A stretch of DNA of 64,000 nt from Solirubrobacteraceae bacterium (lineage in GTDB: Bacteria; Actinomycetota; Thermoleophilia; Solirubrobacterales; Solirubrobacteraceae), in NCBI GenBank assembly GCA_036513335.1, contig DATBZG010000080.1:7336-71335 (forward strand), given 5' to 3'. Shown in pieces: positions 58,983 through 64,000 of the stretch (positions within the stretch are counted from its first letter, which is position 1; each line of letters begins with the position of its first letter). The position numbers were made by a program, and so were the translations under genes. A model generated the notes under the pieces. The model saw nothing but the letters and a program-made list of their open reading frames with translations. It ran no database searches and had not been told where the DNA came from.

Positions 58983-59817
58983 CACCGACTGGCTCAACGC
59001 CTCGGCACGCGCCGGCGCGGGCAATCTACGACCGCGAGGCCAGCTGCCCCTCCTCGGAAGCGTCTTCCCCGCGCCTGTTACGGCAAAGGTCCCGGAGATC
59101 ATCTTCCTCTTCTGGGTGGTGAAGATCCTCACCACGGCGGGCGGAGAGGCCACCTCTGACTACCTGAAGACGTACGGTAACTTCGGCGGTGGCGGCACCG
59201 AGGTCGTGCTGTTCGTGGCCGCGCTCGTGCTGCAGTTCGCGACGCGCCGCTACCGCGCTTTCGCGTACTGGTTCCTGGCTTATGCGATCGCGATCGCTGG
59301 CACGGGCTTCGCTGATTTTCTGCACCTCGACGTACACATCCCGTACGCGGGCACGACGATCCTGTGGGCGGTGATCCTGGCGGCGGTGTTCTGGGCCTGG
59401 CAGCGCAGCGAGGGGACACTGTCGATCCACAGCATCACCACGCAGCGACGGGAGGCGTTCTACTGGGCGACGGTGTTCGCGACCTTTGCGCTGGGCACGG
59501 CGCTGGGCGACTTCACGGCGACCTCGCTGGGCATGGGCTACCTGGACTCCGGGCTGTTCTTCTTCGCTCTGATTCTCCTCCCGGCGCTGGCCTGGTGGCG
59601 TTTCGGCCTGAACAGCATCGCCGCGTTCTGGATGGCCTATGTCCTGACGCGGCCGCTTGGAGCCTCGTTTGCCGACTACATCAGCAAGCCGCGCAACATC
59701 AGCGGCATCGGCTTCGGCGACGGCCAGACCGCAGCGGTGTTCGCGGTGGCCGTCTTCCTCCTGGTTTGCTACCTGGCGCTGGCTCGGCCCGATATCCAAC
59801 GCTCGCGTCTCGCCTGA
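58975..59817 (+). CDS. polytopic membrane protein (COG4705-like uncharacterised membrane-anchored family; recalled from memory)
   Basis: KVPEIIFLFWVVKILTTAGGEATSDYL is followed by about 7 TM segments. GTG 58975 is the only in-frame start. Confidence 0.7.
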   Translation: MSSTDWLNASARAGAGNLRPRGQLPLLGSVFPAPVTAKVPEIIFLFWVVKILTTAGGEATSDYLKTYGNFGGGGTEVVLFVAALVLQFATRRYRAFAYWFLAYAIAIAGTGFADFLHLDVHIPYAGTTILWAVILAAVFWAWQRSEGTLSIHSITTQRREAFYWATVFATFALGTALGDFTATSLGMGYLDSGLFFFALILLPALAWWRFGLNSIAAFWMAYVLTRPLGASFADYISKPRNISGIGFGDGQTAAVFAVAVFLLVCYLALARPDIQRSRLA

Positions 59818-59830
59818 GCGCCGCCGCGGC

Positions 59831-62800
59831 TCAGGGACCGACGTAGCTGAAGCGCGCCTGCGAAGCCGCATCCCCGGTGCCGGTGAAGTAGCTCTCCCAG
59901 GTGGTGACGGTCACGGGGACGCTCTTGCCGGGCTTGCCGCGCGGAGAGACCGCGTGCAGCGCGGTGGTGGAGCCGCAGGCGAAAAGCGCGGGGATCACGG
60001 TTACGGACTTGGACGCTTTGCCGGCGAAGTGCACGGCCAGCGGACAGCCGAGGTTCTGCCCGCTGATCTTCACGGTCGTGCCCCCCGCGGCGGGGCCGCT
60101 GCTGGGAGACAGCGAGTCGACGGCAGGCTGGCCGGGCGGGTACAGGTAGATCTGATCGGAGGCAGAGGTGACACTGCACCCGGTGACGGTGCACGCCCGC
60201 ACGTGGACGAGACCGGGGTTCTCAGAGACGGTCTCGGTGCTCAGGCGCGTTTCGCCTTCCGGCGCGAGCGTGTACTGGGTGCCCTGCGAGAGTTCTTCGG
60301 GTTCTTCGATGAACTGCACGCGCGTCAGCTGCCCCGCGAATCCGTCTCCCTGCAGCAAGATCGGCGTGCCGCCCGTGTCAGCGGCGCCGCTGCGGCCTTT
60401 CAGGCGCACACCGCTGGCGGTGCTTTCCACGCCGGTGACGGTCGGCAGGCCCGCATACTCGACGCTCGACTCGGGCGAGGAGCCGGCGAGGGTGCGCACG
60501 GACAGGGGGATGCTCTCGGGACCGGCGGTGGGGGTTTCTTCTTCGCCCACCAGCGCGGGGGCTTCGATCTGGATCTCCGTGCCGGTGATGTAGGACGGGG
60601 TCTGCCAGTACGGCGCCGGGCCCCCTTCAAGCGAGGCTTCTTCGGTCGGATTGCCGAAGTCGGTGTAGAGGAAGCTGAAGCGGTCCAGGCCGACGCCGTG
60701 GATCGTGACGAGCGTCCCGCCCGTCTCGCTGGCGAGGCTGCTCGGCCCGGCTGAGGTGGAGACGGAGGTGATCTTCGGCGCTGGCGCGTAGTCGTACTCG
60801 CTCGGGGCGGGATACACCTCGCAGCCGCATTCGGGCGGGGTCTGGAGCGCCCCGTTTTGCGCGAAGCTCGCGCTCCCCTGGACCGGCGGCAGGATCGTCG
60901 AGGGGGCGCTCTCCCCGGCCGCGCCGTGCACGACGACCTGCACCTGGCAGATGTCGTTGCCGGCGTTCTCACCCGAGTAGACGCCAGTGTCGGGCAGCGG
61001 CGTGCAGACGGTCTTCTTGGCCGAGTACGCGGGCGGCGTGACGAGGATCTGCGAGTCGCTGAGGACTTGAAAGCTTGCGGCCTTCACGCCTCCGAAGCTG
61101 ACGCTGCTCGCGCCGTCGAAGTCCGAGCCGAGGATCGTCACGGGGGCAGGAGCGGTCTCACTGCCGCCGGTCGGCACGAGCCCGGTGACGCCCGGTACGG
61201 GCGTCGAGCCGACGGCGTCGACGTACTGGAACCGCCCGTCGGGCCCGACCGCGCTGGACTGCCCGTCCTGGAGGCTGATGATGATGTTGGCTGGCCCGGC
61301 GCCGTTTTGCGGCGCGGGCGAGTTCGCCGGCAGCGTGTCGCTGGCGGGCGGCATGGTGAGCGTCAGCGAGCCTGCTCCGGTGACGTCGATCGAGCTGGCG
61401 GGCACCTGCCATGTCCCCACGAGCACCCCGGCCACGTCGGGCTTGCCCGCGCTCTCGAAGCCCGCGCCGCTCACCTTTACCGTCTCTCCTCCGGCGGTGC
61501 TGCCAAAGCTCGGCGAGAGCGCCGTCACGGCTGGTCTGTTCGTGGGTGCGGCGAAGCTGCACAGGTAGTAGGCGAGGCCGGCCGCGCCTTCGGCGTCGGT
61601 CATGCGCGGCGAGCCGAGCCCCGAGGCGAGGTCGAACCCGGCACGCGCGGGGAACACCTTGCCGTTGTCGAGGCCGTACTGGTCGTTGTTGCCTTCGGTG
61701 ATGTCGTTGAACGAGGCGGCGTAGTCGGCGGGGCTGGACGCGATCGCGTAGAGCAGCGGCGTCACGAAGCCGACGCCCGCGGCGGTGGCCGGGTTCGAGC
61801 GGCACGTGGGCGAGGCGTCTGCGAGCGCGAGCATGCCTGCCCAGATGGGTGTCGCTGAGGAGGTTCCGCCGGAGGTGATCCAGCCGCTGGGAGACGCTTC
61901 TTCGCCTTCGCCGACGTACTCTTCGCTGTAGACGGTGACGGCGCCTGTGTACTCGTCCGCCTGCGCGGAGACGTCGGGGTCAAGGCGACAGGGCGTGCTC
62001 GCGCTGGCGCCGGGGAGGGCTTCGTCGCAGAAGCCGGTCGGGTAGCCGAAGCTCCGCTCGACGCTGGCCGCGTTTTCGTAGTCGGCGCTCCCGGGTCGGT
62101 CGATTCCGGGGACGCTCGAGGCGCGCTGCCAGCTGGGCATGGCGAACGCGAGCGAGATCCCACCGCCGCCCGCTCCGCCTTCGTCGCCGTCGTTCCAGAC
62201 GTGCTCTTGCGCGGGCTGGCTCGCGTCGGTGATCGTCGTGCCGCCGACGGCCAGCACGTAGGGCTGGCTCGCGATTTCGCCGCCGGAGAGCGGGTTCTGG
62301 TCGTGCTTGATGATCGTTTCCCGGTGCACTTCTTCGCAGTTGTCACTGCCGCTGTCTCCGGCCGCTCCGAGGAATGTCTGGCCCTGCGCGGCGCCCTGTT
62401 GGAAGAGGAAGTTGAGCGCCTCCTGCGTGCCCGGCTGGCCTTCCTCCTCCTCTTCCTCGCACGGCTGCCCGTAGCTGGAGGTGACGATCTGGTCGCGGTC
62501 TTCGTCGACCATGGCGGCGATCTCAGAGACTTCTCCGGCGGGCGATTCCGGGTTCTCGTAGACGTCGATTTCAGCGCCGGGAGCCATCGCGGATACGTCC
62601 TCGACGTCCAGCAGCGCCTCGCCGTCCAGACCCGGGCCTTCCGCGATGCCGCCTTCGAGGGAGATGACGTGCAGTCGTTCCATCATCCCGGCCGCTCCCG
62701 CGGCGCCGAAGTAGCAGGTGTCGAACTGCTGCATGTCCGAACGTGAGAATGATTCCTCCTCGAACACGCCAATGTGCACCCCGGCGCCGGTGTCGCCGAC

Positions 62801-63628
62801 GCCGTAGAGCCCGAACGCGCCGTAGGCGTAGGCGATCTGATCGTCGGTGAGACCGCCAAGCTGCGTGGCGGCGGCGCGCGCCTTGGTGCACGCGTCGGGC
62901 GAGCCCGCCGGGTGCTTGAAGGCGGCGGACTTGGCCGCGGGGAACTCGCTGGCGAGCGCGGCGCGTCGGTGCACCCGCAGCGGCTGTGTCTGCTGGAGAT
63001 CGTCGAGCCCCTCGACCGCGACCACCGAGTCGGCGAGCGTTGCGGGCAGCGCCGGGGCGCTGGTGCTCGCGTGCACTACACGGCCGCTGCGTAGTCGGTA
63101 GCGGTGCAGCGTCGTGGCGAACGCCGCCGACACGTGCTCAGTGGTCCCGGAGAAGCCGAGGAGCAGATCGTTCCCGGTGGCAGGGTTGACCTGCAGGCCG
63201 TCGGCGCGCAGCCGCGAGCTCACGGCTTCGACGGTCGCCTGTTCGGGCCCGAAGCGCGCGGCGAACTGACCTTTCTGCAGGTAGTGCCCGAACTCGGGCG
63301 AGCCCTTGGTGGTGGCGCCGGCTATGAAGCTTTCGAGCGCCTGCTCGTTGCGGGGGCGCAACACGACCGTCCCGCTCACGCTGGCGCCGGCGGGCGCCGT
63401 GCCGAGGTCGACCGCGCCGCCGGGGATGCTCGGCGCGGCGCCGATCCGCACGAGGCCGCCCTGTCCGCTGGCCGCGCCCGCGCCGGTCACGGCCGCCGCC
63501 ACCAGCGCGAGCAGCGCCGTCAGGCTCAGCGCAATCCGACGGTGTCGCGCGACGCGCCCTCGCCCATGGCGGAAGATCGCGGCGAGTCCTTCGCCATTCG
63601 TGCTGTCGCGGCGCTCTGCTTCATCCAT
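59831..63628 (-). CDS. secreted sedolisin (S53) peptidase with pro-kumamolisin activation domain and at least 5 C-terminal IPT/TIG Ig-like repeats
   Basis: GGAGG lies upstream of ATG 63628. Signal anchor ALSLTALLALVAAAVTGAGAASG. Propeptide (RPRNEQALESFIAGATTKGSPEFGHYL). Catalytic Ser motif SGGTSSATPIWAGMLALA. IPT-like units begin PAVTALSPSFGSTAGGETVKVSG, GVTGLVPTGG, PKITSVSTS, PTVTGVES and PAVDSLSPSSGPAAGGTTVKISG. Confidence 0.85.
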   Translation of the reverse strand: MDEAERRDSTNGEGLAAIFRHGRGRVARHRRIALSLTALLALVAAAVTGAGAASGQGGLVRIGAAPSIPGGAVDLGTAPAGASVSGTVVLRPRNEQALESFIAGATTKGSPEFGHYLQKGQFAARFGPEQATVEAVSSRLRADGLQVNPATGNDLLLGFSGTTEHVSAAFATTLHRYRLRSGRVVHASTSAPALPATLADSVVAVEGLDDLQQTQPLRVHRRAALASEFPAAKSAAFKHPAGSPDACTKARAAATQLGGLTDDQIAYAYGAFGLYGVGDTGAGVHIGVFEEESFSRSDMQQFDTCYFGAAGAAGMMERLHVISLEGGIAEGPGLDGEALLDVEDVSAMAPGAEIDVYENPESPAGEVSEIAAMVDEDRDQIVTSSYGQPCEEEEEEGQPGTQEALNFLFQQGAAQGQTFLGAAGDSGSDNCEEVHRETIIKHDQNPLSGGEIASQPYVLAVGGTTITDASQPAQEHVWNDGDEGGAGGGGISLAFAMPSWQRASSVPGIDRPGSADYENAASVERSFGYPTGFCDEALPGASASTPCRLDPDVSAQADEYTGAVTVYSEEYVGEGEEASPSGWITSGGTSSATPIWAGMLALADASPTCRSNPATAAGVGFVTPLLYAIASSPADYAASFNDITEGNNDQYGLDNGKVFPARAGFDLASGLGSPRMTDAEGAAGLAYYLCSFAAPTNRPAVTALSPSFGSTAGGETVKVSGAGFESAGKPDVAGVLVGTWQVPASSIDVTGAGSLTLTMPPASDTLPANSPAPQNGAGPANIIISLQDGQSSAVGPDGRFQYVDAVGSTPVPGVTGLVPTGGSETAPAPVTILGSDFDGASSVSFGGVKAASFQVLSDSQILVTPPAYSAKKTVCTPLPDTGVYSGENAGNDICQVQVVVHGAAGESAPSTILPPVQGSASFAQNGALQTPPECGCEVYPAPSEYDYAPAPKITSVSTSAGPSSLASETGGTLVTIHGVGLDRFSFLYTDFGNPTEEASLEGGPAPYWQTPSYITGTEIQIEAPALVGEEETPTAGPESIPLSVRTLAGSSPESSVEYAGLPTVTGVESTASGVRLKGRSGAADTGGTPILLQGDGFAGQLTRVQFIEEPEELSQGTQYTLAPEGETRLSTETVSENPGLVHVRACTVTGCSVTSASDQIYLYPPGQPAVDSLSPSSGPAAGGTTVKISGQNLGCPLAVHFAGKASKSVTVIPALFACGSTTALHAVSPRGKPGKSVPVTVTTWESYFTGTGDAASQARFSYVGP

Positions 63629-63831
63629 GACCTTGGCCTCCAGCGATGTCTGCCCTGCAGCCGCTTCGCGGTGCAGCGAACGATAGACGTGTGCGTTCCT
63701 TGCTGCAGTGTCACGCGGCTCGGGCCGTTCTTCGCGGAGCTTCATCGGCGATTATTGACGAGTGCCAATAGAAGGCGATAGAGACGGACGTGGCTCTCTC
63801 CTACGGCGAGCTTCGTTTACAGGGCGCCACA

Positions 63832-64000
63832 ATGACGCACATGGAGCTCGTTGGTATCCGCGAGATGCGCCAGAACCTGAGCCGCTACGCCCAGCGGGCG
63901 CGGCATGGAGAGTCGTTTCTGATCACTGATCGCGGTCAGGAGATCGCGCAGCTCACGCCGGCGCCAGGACGCGGCACAGCGATAGACAGGGTCGTGGCGG
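63832..64000 (+). CDS. Phd/YefM-family type II antitoxin (3' end runs off the window)
   Basis: Own translation from ATG 63832: MTHMELVGIREMRQNLSRYAQRARHGESFLITDRGQEIAQLTPAPG. This is the typical Phd/YefM N-terminal pattern. No stop occurs before 64000, and it is absent from the ORF track. Confidence 0.65.
   Translation, partial: MTHMELVGIREMRQNLSRYAQRARHGESFLITDRGQEIAQLTPAPGRGTAIDRVVA

Noticed and set aside
58572-59153. The 193-codon minus-strand ORF taken as an intact gene.
   Set aside because: Only codons ~58-117 resemble a known family (aldo/keto reductase). The 3' third is antisense to the end of the Kelch-type gene, and the 5' part is antisense to the next gene. It is treated as a remnant.
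1-64000. The window as a mobile or horizontally acquired island or prophage.
   Set aside because: I saw no integrase, transposase, tRNA attachment site, direct flanking repeats or phage structural genes. The only AT-rich patches are short intergenic promoter regions, and coding composition looks uniform by eye.

Overview
This is a GC-rich bacterial chromosomal segment; third codon positions are almost all G/C, but I did not compute an exact percentage. Gene families, strong GGAGG-type ribosome-binding sites, frequent GTG/TTG starts and one probable leaderless mRNA suggest a high-GC Gram-positive (Actinomycetota-like) genome. That taxon call is inference only. I call about 58 protein-coding genes on both strands. 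They are tightly packed, with several 4-nt ATGA/GTGA start-stop overlaps. I saw no rRNA, tRNA, CRISPR array, transposase, integrase or phage genes. The content is mostly accessory. It includes regulators (SoxR, Lrp/AsnC, TetR, IclR, HxlR, ArsR) and transporters (four MFS, two DMT, one APC permease, one orphan membrane-fusion protein). It also has many hydrolases and oxidoreductases, a P450 and a zinc-ribbon/cyclase/STAND-ATPase/TPR protein. Secreted proteins include a phosphoesterase with a collagen-like tail, a Kelch-type propeller and a ~1265-aa S53 peptidase with at least 5 IPT/TIG repeats. There are also small toxin-antitoxin-like pairs. Main findings, in order of interest: (1) A c-di-GMP island at 16.4-25.6 kb has as its centrepiece a single 1214-codon ORF. 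That ORF fuses a polytopic sensor, GGDEF and EAL domains to a complete alpha-oxoamine-synthase (PLP) domain, is translationally coupled to an MFS transporter, and is flanked by a GGDEF/HD-GYP protein and a paralogous sensor-GGDEF-EAL protein. (2) A tightly coupled operon at 42.5-46.1 kb encodes a carrier protein, two atypical alpha/beta-hydrolase-fold proteins (Arg and Cys at the nucleophile-elbow position) and a stand-alone adenylation enzyme. (3) A Met/His-rich polytopic membrane-protein operon may be copper-related. (4) A textbook SoxR box with a 19-bp-spacer promoter drives a small uncharacterised gene. All functional calls rest on motif recognition by eye; no database search was run.
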